DNA from: a virus
Taxonomy: Duplodnaviria > Heunggongvirae > Uroviricota > Caudoviricetes
Strand: one strand, 5' to 3'
IMG/VR virus record: IMGVR_UViG_3300046786_000370
Coordinates: 15,927 to 79,926 of that record
DNA length: 64,000 nt
Both the position numbers and the translations under genes were made by a program. A model generated the notes under the pieces. The model searched no databases, was not told the origin of the DNA, and saw only the letters and a list, made by a program, of their open reading frames with translations. This document shows, piece after piece, positions 48,167 to 57,039 of this stretch. The stretch's first letter is position 1, and each line of letters opens with the position of its first letter.

Positions 48167-48942
48167 TTGCGTATAACTTCTATTATTCTAGCTGTGGGAT
48201 CAAACTCCCACCACTTGCCGCTAGTACCTGTACCAAAATCATAGTTACCAGGACGAGCATGATGGTTGTTATGCCATCCTTCGCCAAATGTAAAAATAGC
48301 GTTGATCCATAAGTTACGACTGTTGTCAGTTGTTTCGAAGTTTCTATAACCCCACTTATGGTTCATATAGTTGCTGGTTGTACTACTCCATACGCTGATA
48401 ACTGCAGGAATAATAACAACGTGAATGGCTAACACAGGATCAATCAATGCCCATAATAGCGTCCATAACAATAGTAAACCAAAGTACCATTTATGCATAA
48501 AAACATGATACTTGTCAAAAATTAAATGACGAATCTTCCATTTGTTTGGTTCATAGTCATATGCGGCTACCAGCATCTTAGGACCGCTGACTAATGGGCT
48601 ATGCGGATCGCCAGGCTTATCGCTGTATTTGTGATGGTCTCTGTGCATACCTACCCATCCAATGGCACTACCTGTAAATGCCAAGGCGCCCCAAGTAGAA
48701 CAAAAGTATTCCCAGAATTTAGTTGTCTTGAAACTTTTATGTGTTAGTAGCCTATGAAAGCCAATGCTAATACCAAAACAGCCGATACCTACGTACATTA
48801 GCACACTTAATAGCCAAAGCGATGCTATTTGTGGAAATGAAAATGCATAGAGTAAAACAATTACTGTTGCAGTAATTTGAACGCCGGGTAAGTATTCTGT
48901 GTTAGACGCAAATACGTTGTTAATGATTCTTTTATAGGACAT
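48163..48942 (-). CDS. membrane fatty-acid desaturase
   Basis: His boxes HRLLTH, HRDHH and WHNNHH; ATGA-coupled to the neighbouring desaturase. Confidence 0.7.
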   Translation of the reverse strand: MSYKRIINNVFASNTEYLPGVQITATVIVLLYAFSFPQIASLWLLSVLMYVGIGCFGISIGFHRLLTHKSFKTTKFWEYFCSTWGALAFTGSAIGWVGMHRDHHKYSDKPGDPHSPLVSGPKMLVAAYDYEPNKWKIRHLIFDKYHVFMHKWYFGLLLLWTLLWALIDPVLAIHVVIIPAVISVWSSTTSNYMNHKWGYRNFETTDNSRNLWINAIFTFGEGWHNNHHARPGNYDFGTGTSGKWWEFDPTARIIEVIRK

Positions 48943-48972
48943 AAACGTATTTATCGACTAACAATTTTATAA

Positions 48973-49047
48973 TGGTCCGGCCAGCAGGAATCGAACCCAC
49001 ATTCGCGAGGTAGAAGCTCGCTGTATTATCCATTATACTATGGCCAG
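48973..49047 (-). tRNA. tRNA-Arg (TCT)
   Basis: Loop CTTCTAC. Confidence 0.55.
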
Positions 49048-49053
49048 GTAAAT

Positions 49054-49128
49054 TGGTGCGCCCACGTGGGATCGAACCACGACTCAAGGGATTATGAGTC
49101 CCCTGCTTTACCATTAAGCTATAGGCGC
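49054..49128 (-). tRNA. tRNA-Met/Ile2 (CAT), third CAT tRNA
   Basis: Loop CTCATAA; GGG/CCC pairs in the anticodon stem. Confidence 0.55.
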
Positions 49129-49135
49129 AATTATT

Positions 49136-49219
49136 TGGTGCCCGGGGCCGGACTCGAACCGGCATGCCTTTCGACGGGAGATTTTAAGTCTCCTGTGTAT
49201 ACCATTTCACCACCCGGGC
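49136..49219 (-). tRNA. tRNA-Leu (TAA), type II
   Basis: 85 nt; loop CTTAAAA; acceptor GCCCGGG/CCCGGGC. Confidence 0.65.
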
Positions 49220-49267
49220 AATTAATTTTAAAGAACGTTTCAGTTATTTCTAACTGTCTAAGTATCT

Positions 49268-49296
49268 ATTATAGCAGTTCTTCGTATTTGTGTCAA
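49268..49296 (-). promoter_or_regulatory. sigma70-like promoter upstream of the Leu/CAT/Arg tRNA trio
   Basis: TTGACAcaaatacg-N-TATAAT with a 17-nt spacer. Confidence 0.5.
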
Positions 49297-49323
49297 CATT
49301 ATTTAATTTTATTTTTCACTATA

Positions 49324-49510
49324 TTATCCACCCCATCGTAGTACGAACATTAACGCATCTTTTTCGTCGCTGAAAAAATAATCAATCTTAGTATGATCGT
49401 AGGTGTTATATCCATCCTGATGCATATCGTTTGTGATATAACTTGGACAATGTTCTTTGGCCCATACCAAAGGTTCCCAAAACGGATCGTATGGTATAGT
49501 AACTGTCATG
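49324..49510 (-). CDS. tandem-array small protein 1 (C-terminus LRWGG)
   Basis: ATGA-coupled; C-terminal DALMFVLRWGG. Confidence 0.45.
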
Positions 49511-49763
49511 AAAACTTCAATGCAAACATAAATGCTTCTTCGTCGCATTCAAACTCAATAAACTTTTCCATAAGATAACCAGGACTGTGATAATAACCAT
49601 GCTTACAGTTTTCTTCAAGCCACTTGTTTACAATATAATCCTTGTAGCTTATTTGCCACTGTGCTTGTACACGGTCAACAGTTTTAGCGTAGACTACTTT
49701 GTGCAACACCGGCATCTTGAGGATTAGACTGCCAATTTCATGATCCTTGTATGTTACAGTCAT
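49506..49763 (-). CDS. tandem-array small protein 2 (C-terminus LKFS)
   Basis: C-terminal EAFMFALKFS. Confidence 0.45.
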   Translation of the reverse strand: MTVTYKDHEIGSLILKMPVLHKVVYAKTVDRVQAQWQISYKDYIVNKWLEENCKHGYYHSPGYLMEKFIEFECDEEAFMFALKFS

Positions 49764-50176
49764 TCTCCGCCCCAAGTTAGCTTAAACATAAAAGCATCAT
49801 TGACATCTTTAAACGCAAAGAATAACACATCTCCTCCGCCAATATCGTTCATTTCCCAGTTGCCCCAGTAATCTTGGATAACTCGGTGTATATCAGTTTG
49901 CCATTTACCATCACAGTTTTCTTCACACCAAGTCTCTATGGTTGTATATGCTTGTATCCAACTAGGATATCTCGTCCATGGATCACCCTGTGAACTTTCA
50001 AATGCTACAATGTGAGGATAGCCGTGATAATAATCTTTAATACGACTAGCACGTAGATTTCTATCAGGATCGTTAACATCTTGATAGTGTTCTTCTGTCC
50101 AGCCCATTTTCTTTAAGTAAGCGGCATGACGATAAAAGTTCCACTTACTTTTTAAGTCTTTTAAGAATGGTATCAT
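49760..50176 (-). CDS. tandem-array small protein 3 (C-terminus LTWGGE)
   Basis: C-terminal DAFMFKLTWGGE. Confidence 0.45.
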   Translation of the reverse strand: MIPFLKDLKSKWNFYRHAAYLKKMGWTEEHYQDVNDPDRNLRASRIKDYYHGYPHIVAFESSQGDPWTRYPSWIQAYTTIETWCEENCDGKWQTDIHRVIQDYWGNWEMNDIGGGDVLFFAFKDVNDAFMFKLTWGGE

Positions 50177-50415
50177 GACCACCTCAGTACAAATAGCATA
50201 AACTTTTCTTTGTCAACTATTTTGCACGTTACAATATCTTTAAAGTCTTTTGTTAGTTCTAATTCTAGTCCACTGGCATCTTGAAAGTAATGCATTTGAC
50301 CGTCTGATTTGTAACTGCCAGTAAGAACCTTTGCTTCCGGAGGACAATGTGTTATTTTGAAGCCTTCTTCAACGGCCCATTTCCACATTAGTTTTTTTAT
50401 AAATTCTAAATCCAT
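50173..50415 (-). CDS. tandem-array small protein 4 (C-terminus LRWS)
   Basis: C-terminal EKFMLFVLRWS. Confidence 0.45.
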   Translation of the reverse strand: MDLEFIKKLMWKWAVEEGFKITHCPPEAKVLTGSYKSDGQMHYFQDASGLELELTKDFKDIVTCKIVDKEKFMLFVLRWS

Positions 50416-50624
50416 TAACTCCACCTCAGAGCAAATAGTGTAGCATCGCTACTTTCACGAAAGTAAAAATATGTATGTTTAAATTGATAAACAACATTCC
50501 ACCGACCTTTGAATGTACCCAACTGTTCTCCCAACCATACTTCCATTTCAGTAACATTAGTAGTAAACTCATCCCCATTAACCTCAACTTTGTAAGGCCA
50601 CAGTTCTTTCTTTAATGTTCTCAT
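50415..50624 (-). CDS. tandem-array small protein 5 (C-terminus LRWS)
   Basis: C-terminal DATLFALRWS. Confidence 0.45.
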   Translation of the reverse strand: MRTLKKELWPYKVEVNGDEFTTNVTEMEVWLGEQLGTFKGRWNVVYQFKHTYFYFRESSDATLFALRWS

Positions 50625-50926
50625 GACCACTTCAGTGTAAACATTACAGCATCTTCTTTATTTTTAAACAACCATTGCCCTTTAAGCAATTTATAATCGT
50701 CAGTGGCATTGATATGAATCCATTCAGCTGTGTTAGCATACCAATCAATTTCATTGACAATAGAACCATTACCATATGCAGGATTAATATTGGTAACTGC
50801 CCAGCCTTCGTCTTTGAGCACATCAATCATAATTGTATCCACAATCTCTTTATCTATTTGTTTAGCAAGATCTTTTCCAGCCTGATCAAGCATTTCATCT
50901 AAGAGCTTACTCAATCTCCACCCCAT
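50621..50926 (-). CDS. tandem-array small protein 6 (C-terminus LKWS)
   Basis: C-terminal DAVMFTLKWS. Confidence 0.45.
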   Translation of the reverse strand: MGWRLSKLLDEMLDQAGKDLAKQIDKEIVDTIMIDVLKDEGWAVTNINPAYGNGSIVNEIDWYANTAEWIHINATDDYKLLKGQWLFKNKEDAVMFTLKWS

Positions 50927-51144
50927 CGTAACTTAAACAAGACAGCAGGTTCATGTCTTTCGAATTGAATTTCTCTTTTACCATCTTGGCGTGTGTTTAA
51001 CCAGTTAATATAAAATCTATCAAAGCATTCTAATCCCGGGTGTTCCTGTAGCCAACCATACATTTCAGCACTAGGACCAGACACCCATACTGTATATCTA
51101 AATCTAGGATTCTGTGCTCCTCCGCCGCCGTAGTATAGTTCCAT
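50911..51144 (-). CDS. tandem-array small protein 7 (C-terminus LRWGGD)
   Basis: C-terminal PAVLFKLRWGGD. Confidence 0.45.
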   Translation of the reverse strand: MELYYGGGGAQNPRFRYTVWVSGPSAEMYGWLQEHPGLECFDRFYINWLNTRQDGKREIQFERHEPAVLFKLRWGGD

Positions 51145-51488
51145 TATTTGCCAAACCTCAACACTATCATCATATACAGTTCTTCTGGCATGTCGAAGAT
51201 GTTTTTATACATCGTCCAATTAGAATCAATATGTTCCATCCAATCAGTATGATTTTTTCTGATCCACTCTGCAACTTCTGACGAACATTGAACTGTATGC
51301 CACGGTTTGCCGTCTACTTGGGCACTAGTGATAATTTTATATTTTGGTTGTTGGGATTCTTGCATACTATGCCATTGATTAATATATTGATTAATAGTGC
51401 TTTTACCCATGCGACGTCCAGCGGTATAGTGTATGTCTGCTTTATTAAGTCTATCAAGAATATGTTCTTGGAACGGGGTTAATTTCAT
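51144..51488 (-). CDS. tandem-array small protein 8 (C-terminus LRFGK)
   Basis: C-terminal LYMMIVLRFGK. Confidence 0.4.
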   Translation of the reverse strand: MKLTPFQEHILDRLNKADIHYTAGRRMGKSTINQYINQWHSMQESQQPKYKIITSAQVDGKPWHTVQCSSEVAEWIRKNHTDWMEHIDSNWTMYKNIFDMPEELYMMIVLRFGK

Positions 51489-51697
51489 GACCATTTCAAT
51501 ATCGCCAACATTCTATCTTTTTCATTTTTAACATACCATAAGTCTGAACCACTTAAAGTTCCATGATATTCGGTTTCTATGTGATTAGTTTGACACCAAT
51601 CCCAATACATTTTTCTTTGTTTTGAACTGATAGTAAACCCACGAGGATCTCCCACTAATTTAACTCTTCCTTTTTCGACGAAAACTTTAGTTGTCAT
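51485..51697 (-). CDS. tandem-array small protein 9 (C-terminus LKWS)
   Basis: C-terminal DRMLAILKWS. Confidence 0.45.
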   Translation of the reverse strand: MTTKVFVEKGRVKLVGDPRGFTISSKQRKMYWDWCQTNHIETEYHGTLSGSDLWYVKNEKDRMLAILKWS

Positions 51698-52050
51698 GAC
51701 CACATTAGTTTAGCAATTATAGCATAGTCTTGGTATTTTCGCCTAATTTTTATGGTTAACCGATTTTCTGCGGCATCATTGTTAGCTATACCCCAGTTCC
51801 AATCCCAACCTTGTCGACCTACGTGTTTTTCCATCCAGGGTCTATAATGATCGTTGGGATCAGCTGATTCCACAGCAGTCTGACCACCATCTGGGTCTTC
51901 ATCTAGTACAGCCCAGCCAGTGGGCCAACGTACATTGATAATAACGCCTGGCATAAAACGCCACCAAAGTTGGTGTACAATGTTAAGACCGCAGGGAAGA
52001 TATCTTCCCGAGGGCATTTGAAAAAGACCGTTGACTTCCCACTTACTCAT
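51694..52050 (-). CDS. tandem-array small protein 10 (C-terminus LMWS)
   Basis: C-terminal YAIIAKLMWS. Confidence 0.45.
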   Translation of the reverse strand: MSKWEVNGLFQMPSGRYLPCGLNIVHQLWWRFMPGVIINVRWPTGWAVLDEDPDGGQTAVESADPNDHYRPWMEKHVGRQGWDWNWGIANNDAAENRLTIKIRRKYQDYAIIAKLMWS

Positions 52051-52259
52051 GACCACTTCAACTTAAACATTAAATATCCAGGACCTTCTGTTTTTACACT
52101 GAATCCGTATCCTTGCGGACCTGTAAACTCGTGTAGATAGTCTACATCATTTTCCCACATCCATTTAATGATGGAATGGAATTCGGGCATAGTCTTAACT
52201 CTATAAACATCACCACGATGACTGCGATGATAAGGCCAGCGTTCTACTTGAATATTCAT
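52047..52259 (-). CDS. tandem-array small protein 11 (C-terminus LKWS)
   Basis: C-terminal GYLMFKLKWS. Confidence 0.45.
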   Translation of the reverse strand: MNIQVERWPYHRSHRGDVYRVKTMPEFHSIIKWMWENDVDYLHEFTGPQGYGFSVKTEGPGYLMFKLKWS

Positions 52260-52486
52260 GACCATTTCAACTTAAAAAACATAGCATCCTCTGCTTTTTC
52301 AAAAGCAAAGCGACTTAGATAACCTTGATAGTAATTAGAAATATAATTACCCATGGTATTTCTATCAGCCCATATACACAAGCCAAAATGACTGACAGGA
52401 TGTTTACTCCTATCATCGATACCCATTTCGACTACATGCCAGCCGCTTCTTTGGGCTTTTGTGACACTACGGAAATTTGTTGTCAT
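52256..52486 (-). CDS. tandem-array small protein 12 (C-terminus LKWS)
   Basis: C-terminal DAMFFKLKWS. Confidence 0.45.
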   Translation of the reverse strand: MTTNFRSVTKAQRSGWHVVEMGIDDRSKHPVSHFGLCIWADRNTMGNYISNYYQGYLSRFAFEKAEDAMFFKLKWS

Positions 52487-52887
52487 GCTGCCAAAGATCT
52501 AATCATTGTGTAATGATTCCATGCTTCGCGCACACTTTCATTATCTGTCATTGGACTAGGCATAATGTCATACCAAGTGTCTTTTAGGCTATGAGCGTTA
52601 CCCCAAACTTGACTACCCACTACTCTGGGTTGATGTAGCTTGCCATTTTCAAACAACCGTTGAGCTACGGCACAAGCTTCTTCTAAACTGTATGCGCTCA
52701 TATCGTAGGCTTTTTCTCTGGGCATATGAGTGCCTTGATATTGGTAGTAGTATTCTTCAATGACACCCATTAGCTTAACCAAATCTGGACACTTGGTATT
52801 GCTAACAACAAACAATACATCTTCTTCTTTAACTTCGCCAGCAAGGATACTTTTAACACACTTGCCGAGACTTGTTCCGATTTTCAT
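52483..52887 (-). CDS. hypothetical protein
   Basis: ATGA-coupled on both sides; start taken at MKIGTS. Confidence 0.4.
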   Translation of the reverse strand: MKIGTSLGKCVKSILAGEVKEEDVLFVVSNTKCPDLVKLMGVIEEYYYQYQGTHMPREKAYDMSAYSLEEACAVAQRLFENGKLHQPRVVGSQVWGNAHSLKDTWYDIMPSPMTDNESVREAWNHYTMIRSLAA

Positions 52888-53027
52888 TTGTTCTTCCAAA
52901 GAAATTTTAGAGTCAGGCCGTCAATGAGACCTTGTTTAAAAGATGTGTCTGGTGCCCATAAAATGTATCCAACCATAAGGCCCTGCGTAAACATCAAGGT
53001 GGCAACCATTGCTATTTCAATATCGTT
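52884..53027 (-). CDS. small hydrophobic peptide (47 aa)
   Basis: ORF MNDIEIAMVATLMFTQGLMVGYILW... with one TM segment; ATGA-coupled. Confidence 0.3.
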   Translation of the reverse strand, partial: NDIEIAMVATLMFTQGLMVGYILWAPDTSFKQGLIDGLTLKFLWKNK

Positions 53028-53152
53028 CATTCTTTTTCCTTAACGCAAGAGATTTTGTCCGGGCTATACATCATTACAAAATTACCCACACCAAATGCTC
53101 CAAGGATGCCCAGAGCTACAGTAAACGCACCTACAATAGCAAACATTGTTTT
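53027..53152 (-). CDS. small hydrophobic peptide (41 aa)
   Basis: ORF MKTMFAIVGAFTVALGILGAFGVGNFVMMY... Confidence 0.3.
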   Translation of the reverse strand, partial: KTMFAIVGAFTVALGILGAFGVGNFVMMYSPDKISCVKEKE

Positions 53153-53427
53153 CATTCTTCAACTCCAAAATGTAGTATACCACCTCGCCCATTGTCAAAA
53201 TGCTGTTCAATACGCATAGCGTAATGGTCTCCTTCTTTGGTGCCATCCATCACAGCATTAACACATTCTAACACAAGCAACTCGGCGAACTTTTCAATCT
53301 TATCATCCCACAGCTCGATAGATTCTATATGTTGAACAGGATTACTTGCTAAATTTCGCATAGAAATATGTCCGCCAGACTGTTTAACAAGTTCTTTAAT
53401 TCTATCGTTCATCTGGATCTTTCTCAT
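53152..53427 (-). CDS. NERIKEL-family small protein (paralog A1)
   Basis: NDRIKELVKQ...KFAELLVLECVNAV. Confidence 0.4.
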   Translation of the reverse strand: MRKIQMNDRIKELVKQSGGHISMRNLASNPVQHIESIELWDDKIEKFAELLVLECVNAVMDGTKEGDHYAMRIEQHFDNGRGGILHFGVEE

Positions 53428-53617
53428 AACAAGTTAAACATACTGCATCATATCGCGGACCCATACAATGATAGATACTACCATTACAATACTTACAAAG
53501 GATAAATGCATGAGTAACAATATAACCTTTGCCAGGCGCATACAAAGGATAAAATCCTTCTTCACGTTCTGTATAGCCAATTAGCTTAGGTTCATCCATC
53601 ACTTGCTCCTTACGCAA
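53402..53617 (-). CDS. zinc-ribbon small protein
   Basis: CKYCNGSIYHC...CLTCYEKDPDER. Confidence 0.4.
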   Translation of the reverse strand: MRKEQVMDEPKLIGYTEREEGFYPLYAPGKGYIVTHAFILCKYCNGSIYHCMGPRYDAVCLTCYEKDPDER

Positions 53618-53826
53618 CGATAAGCGTCTGTTTTCAATCCAAGTTGTTGCGCGGCATCTTCACACATTTGTCGAGCATTCTTGCCTATATCAACTGAATT
53701 ATAAAATTCACCTAGAGGTCGCCAATCAGCTACCTTGCCGCCTATACCATGACGATCACCGCCTACAGCAACTACCGTCCAAATCATTAGAATGTAAATC
53801 ATTGTGCCTCCGCTGTCATAGGACAA
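53599..53826 (-). CDS. hypothetical small protein
   Basis: 75 aa ORF. Confidence 0.35.
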   Translation of the reverse strand: MSYDSGGTMIYILMIWTVVAVGGDRHGIGGKVADWRPLGEFYNSVDIGKNARQMCEDAAQQLGLKTDAYRCVRSK

Positions 53827-54116
53827 TCACTTGTTATTGCCGCGGCGTGACCTTTTGGACATACATCTTTAGTTCTGTCAATACCGCACTTGGGGCAAAC
53901 CCAACCTTTAGATTTTTCAACTCCGAAATGTTGTTTAAGCATATATGAGATATGATTACGTGAATCCGTTTCCCACACTTCCACTTTATTAATACATTCC
54001 TTAATAATCAACTCAGCATACTTTTCCAAAGCCTTTTCCCACTTGTCTCGCCTGGCGCCAAGGCCGAAGATTTCGAGTTTACTTTCTTTTTCAAATTCTC
54101 TTAATCGTTCGTTCAT
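53799..54116 (-). CDS. NERIKEL-family small protein (paralog A2) with a C-terminal Zn-ribbon
   Basis: MNERLREFEKE...KYAELIIKECINKV...CPKCG...CPKGH. Confidence 0.4.
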   Translation of the reverse strand: MNERLREFEKESKLEIFGLGARRDKWEKALEKYAELIIKECINKVEVWETDSRNHISYMLKQHFGVEKSKGWVCPKCGIDRTKDVCPKGHAAAITSDCPMTAEAQ

Positions 54117-54317
54117 TTATGTACCACCATAATATTTGATAACTTCTGTAAACGCACCAATCAATCGTGCATTGTTTTGTTGATCCTCTGGATGTAAATA
54201 GTCTCCGCTTTCTAGCATATCAACGAGATACTTTCTATGGTCATTTAAACTTATTAAAGCCAAGCGATCCAATGTATCTAAGTCTAATTCTACTTTGTCA
54301 TTCTTCTTCATTTTCAC
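54117..54317 (-). CDS. hypothetical small protein
   Basis: 66 aa ORF. Confidence 0.35.
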   Translation of the reverse strand: MKMKKNDKVELDLDTLDRLALISLNDHRKYLVDMLESGDYLHPEDQQNNARLIGAFTEVIKYYGGT

Positions 54318-54864
54318 TTTCCCATTCGGCCATTTGTTCGCTGATACTAAATTCTTCGTCTATCTCTGTGGGCAATGTATCTTTGACTTCTTCACTGTCC
54401 ATGCTAGACAAGTCATAACAGTCATCTTCGCCGTCGTAATATTGACCTGCAAACATCACGCCTGGTTCATAATAAAATGCGTTGATAGCAAAGCCCAAGT
54501 CTTCCAGTTTCCTGTATGCTTCTACTGGAGGACTCCAAGCACTTTGGAAATAAAACTTAACATTGTTCTTGTCGATTTTATTAACGTCGCCTCCACCTAT
54601 GTCCCATTTAGTACCCCACTCGCCAATGGCAAAGTCATACCAAGTTGAATAACCATAGTTCTTTACATTACTTGCTTGCTGGGCCATGAGCAGAGCTTGT
54701 TCTTCTTTATCACCAAAACTACCCGAAGTTGTATCCGATAGTTCTTTGGGACAAGGAATAAACTCATTTAAGAATGTGCTATTTTCAAAAGAGCGAATAG
54801 CTCGTTTAATCATAGCAGGGTCATCGTGTGTTAGTGTCAAACTGTTATCGCACCAATTCGGCAT
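54298..54864 (-). CDS. hypothetical protein with an acidic C-terminus
   Basis: 188 aa ORF. Confidence 0.4.
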   Translation of the reverse strand: MPNWCDNSLTLTHDDPAMIKRAIRSFENSTFLNEFIPCPKELSDTTSGSFGDKEEQALLMAQQASNVKNYGYSTWYDFAIGEWGTKWDIGGGDVNKIDKNNVKFYFQSAWSPPVEAYRKLEDLGFAINAFYYEPGVMFAGQYYDGEDDCYDLSSMDSEEVKDTLPTEIDEEFSISEQMAEWESENEEE

Positions 54865-54878
54865 ATTAGCCTCCGTGT

Positions 54879-55676
54879 TTATTTGTTCAACATCAAACCA
54901 GTCATGTTACTAGGAACAATGATAGTATTAACCTTACCAGCTTTGATACCTTCGGAGATGTTAAGCGCGGCTTGTGCGTTCATGTAAGCGATAGAGCTAG
55001 CACTTTGGTTACTCAATGCCTGCATACGACGAGCTTCTGCTTCAGCTGTCTTAACTTCAACTTCTTTCTGCTTGAGCTCGTTCTTAGCACGAACCAAGTC
55101 GTTGGCACTTTGAACCACGCTATCAGCAGGAACAACATTACGAACAAGAACTTGACTGATAGTCAACGAACCATCTAGCTTTTCTTCTACCAATGCCTTT
55201 TGCATCAGTTCTTTAACTTTGGTTTCGATAGATTGACGATTGTCTGCCATATCCAACGCTTCGTAATCACGTGCGGCTTTATAGATACTATTGCGAGCAA
55301 TTTGCATGACATAGTTATACATCAAGTAAGTGTCGCCTTTGTGTTCAATGTGAAATGCTCGGCTCTTAGAGTTATACAACTCCGCGACCTGTGCTTGGTT
55401 CAAGTTATAGATAACCACAGCATCAAAGTCTTTCATTGTGCTATTGTCTTTGGCCAAAGGAGTCATGTCATCAAGTTTGACGTTAACGTCTTTGACTGGG
55501 AAAGTCATAACCTCGCCGATGATAGTTTGATTCCAAGAACCAGGCAAGAGTTCTTGTGTACTAACTTGTTTACTGATATCACGACGGAGACCAACCTCGC
55601 CGGTTTCAATGCGAGTACAACCTGTTGCGACTACAACTGCGGCCATAATCAAACCAATTTTAAAAACGTTTTTCAT
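54879..55676 (-). CDS. SPFH/band-7 domain lipoprotein
   Basis: Lipobox VATGC followed by an SPFH-like coiled-coil region. Confidence 0.55.
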   Translation of the reverse strand: MKNVFKIGLIMAAVVVATGCTRIETGEVGLRRDISKQVSTQELLPGSWNQTIIGEVMTFPVKDVNVKLDDMTPLAKDNSTMKDFDAVVIYNLNQAQVAELYNSKSRAFHIEHKGDTYLMYNYVMQIARNSIYKAARDYEALDMADNRQSIETKVKELMQKALVEEKLDGSLTISQVLVRNVVPADSVVQSANDLVRAKNELKQKEVEVKTAEAEARRMQALSNQSASSIAYMNAQAALNISEGIKAGKVNTIIVPSNMTGLMLNK

Positions 55677-55773
55677 TTTAGAGGATACCTTTTACAAAGA
55701 GAAAGAAACAAAAAATAAAACCAAGTACGAAATACAATGGTCTAACCAAAAAGTCAGTAAACATATTGATCCT

Positions 55774-55950
55774 TAGAAGAGAATTACTAAACCAAACATT
55801 AGCAAGATTGCTACTGTAGAACTAATTATAGCTTGAACTGCTATTTTTGTCAAGTTAAGTGCTTGCTTACCTGACATCTTTTGTACTGCGATCATGCCCA
55901 AATAAACGAGCACACTCAGTACCAAAAACAAAAATACTACTCTAATCATA
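55774..55950 (-). CDS. small membrane protein (58 aa)
   Basis: ORF MIRVVFLFLVLSVLVYLGMIAVQ... with two TM segments, immediately downstream of the SPFH gene. Confidence 0.3.
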
Positions 55951-56622
55951 TCATACCACCTTTACACGAGTTAACCAAGATTCTTTTACTCCATTGCGAT
56001 CATTGACGCTGTTACGCTTTACTGTGCCTTTAAGTGTAACCTTGCCGTTAAGTGGAAACAATTCTTTATCTTTACTGGTAAAGAATTTAACAACATTGCC
56101 TCCTGCGATAGCAGTGACAATGAGACTTTCATATTTTCTGCTGTAAAAGGTTTCAAGAATTTCAGCAGTGATTTCTTGCTTACTACCTTCTTGGCCAAGA
56201 TATTCACTGTTAGCTGTAAGTAAATCCATTTTTTCTTTATGCTGTTCTCGAACCAAGTCTTTGCGGTAAACATTTACCAAACAAGCCATACAAGCGATTT
56301 CATATTTGCCCACAGTTTCCATGCCAACAATGTTAGCAATGGTGCTCATAAAGCCATTGGCAATTGGACCTGACAAAGTTTTGAACAGTAGGCCTGAAAA
56401 GTGACTGGCGAGTTTTTCGCCCATGGCCTTGTCTTCGTCGGTGAGATTAAAAGGACTGATACAAAAATCAAGAGCTAAGTCTTTGTTGAGTTTGAAAACA
56501 GGGTCACCGCTGTAAAGGGTGTTAATATATTTGCCTTCATTGATACGATCGGCACCGGCAATTGCCGCCCATACAAGTGAAATTGGAAAAGGTTTTTTGT
56601 TTACTGTCTTTGCGTTGGACAT
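55951..56622 (-). CDS. hypothetical protein
   Basis: 223 aa ORF; promoter module at 56654..56682. Confidence 0.45.
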   Translation of the reverse strand: MSNAKTVNKKPFPISLVWAAIAGADRINEGKYINTLYSGDPVFKLNKDLALDFCISPFNLTDEDKAMGEKLASHFSGLLFKTLSGPIANGFMSTIANIVGMETVGKYEIACMACLVNVYRKDLVREQHKEKMDLLTANSEYLGQEGSKQEITAEILETFYSRKYESLIVTAIAGGNVVKFFTSKDKELFPLNGKVTLKGTVKRNSVNDRNGVKESWLTRVKVV

Positions 56623-56653
56623 AAAAAATTCCCCGTTGTTTAACTATACTTGT

Positions 56654-56682
56654 ATTATAGCATAACGGGGAATTTGTGTCAA
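56654..56682 (-). promoter_or_regulatory. sigma70-like promoter TTGACAcaaattcc-N-TATAAT
   Basis: 17-nt spacer. Confidence 0.55.
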
Positions 56683-56689
56683 TTTAAAA

Positions 56690-56992
56690 TTAAATTGTTG
56701 TGATCTGTCTTTCGCCTGCGAAAATACCATTTGCGTTATTATAACTAGCAAATTTGGCAAGATAACTTTGAACAATTGGATCAACCATAAAAGCATCATA
56801 GTGTTCACGACTAGTGATATCCGATGACAAAGTTGCTGTTAGTTTGTCTTGGCTAAGCGAACTCGACGGATTAGTTATTCTTGAGCCATAGTTCTGTAAT
56901 TTGTAATTACCGTACGCGATTCCATCTGCAGTATCATACCAAAATGGAACATTAGTATTTGGTCGGATTTGTGTCATAGTTACTCTAATCAT
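56690..56992 (-). CDS. hypothetical protein
   Basis: 100 aa ORF. Confidence 0.4.
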   Translation of the reverse strand: MIRVTMTQIRPNTNVPFWYDTADGIAYGNYKLQNYGSRITNPSSSLSQDKLTATLSSDITSREHYDAFMVDPIVQSYLAKFASYNNANGIFAGERQITTI

Positions 56993-57039
56993 AAGAGTTT
57001 CTCCTTTATTAATAAATTTATTTATCTAGAAATATAAAA

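Noticed and set aside
48932-49341. ORFs 48932..49165 and 49066..49341
   Set aside because: They overlap the Arg/CAT/Leu tRNA trio and its promoter.
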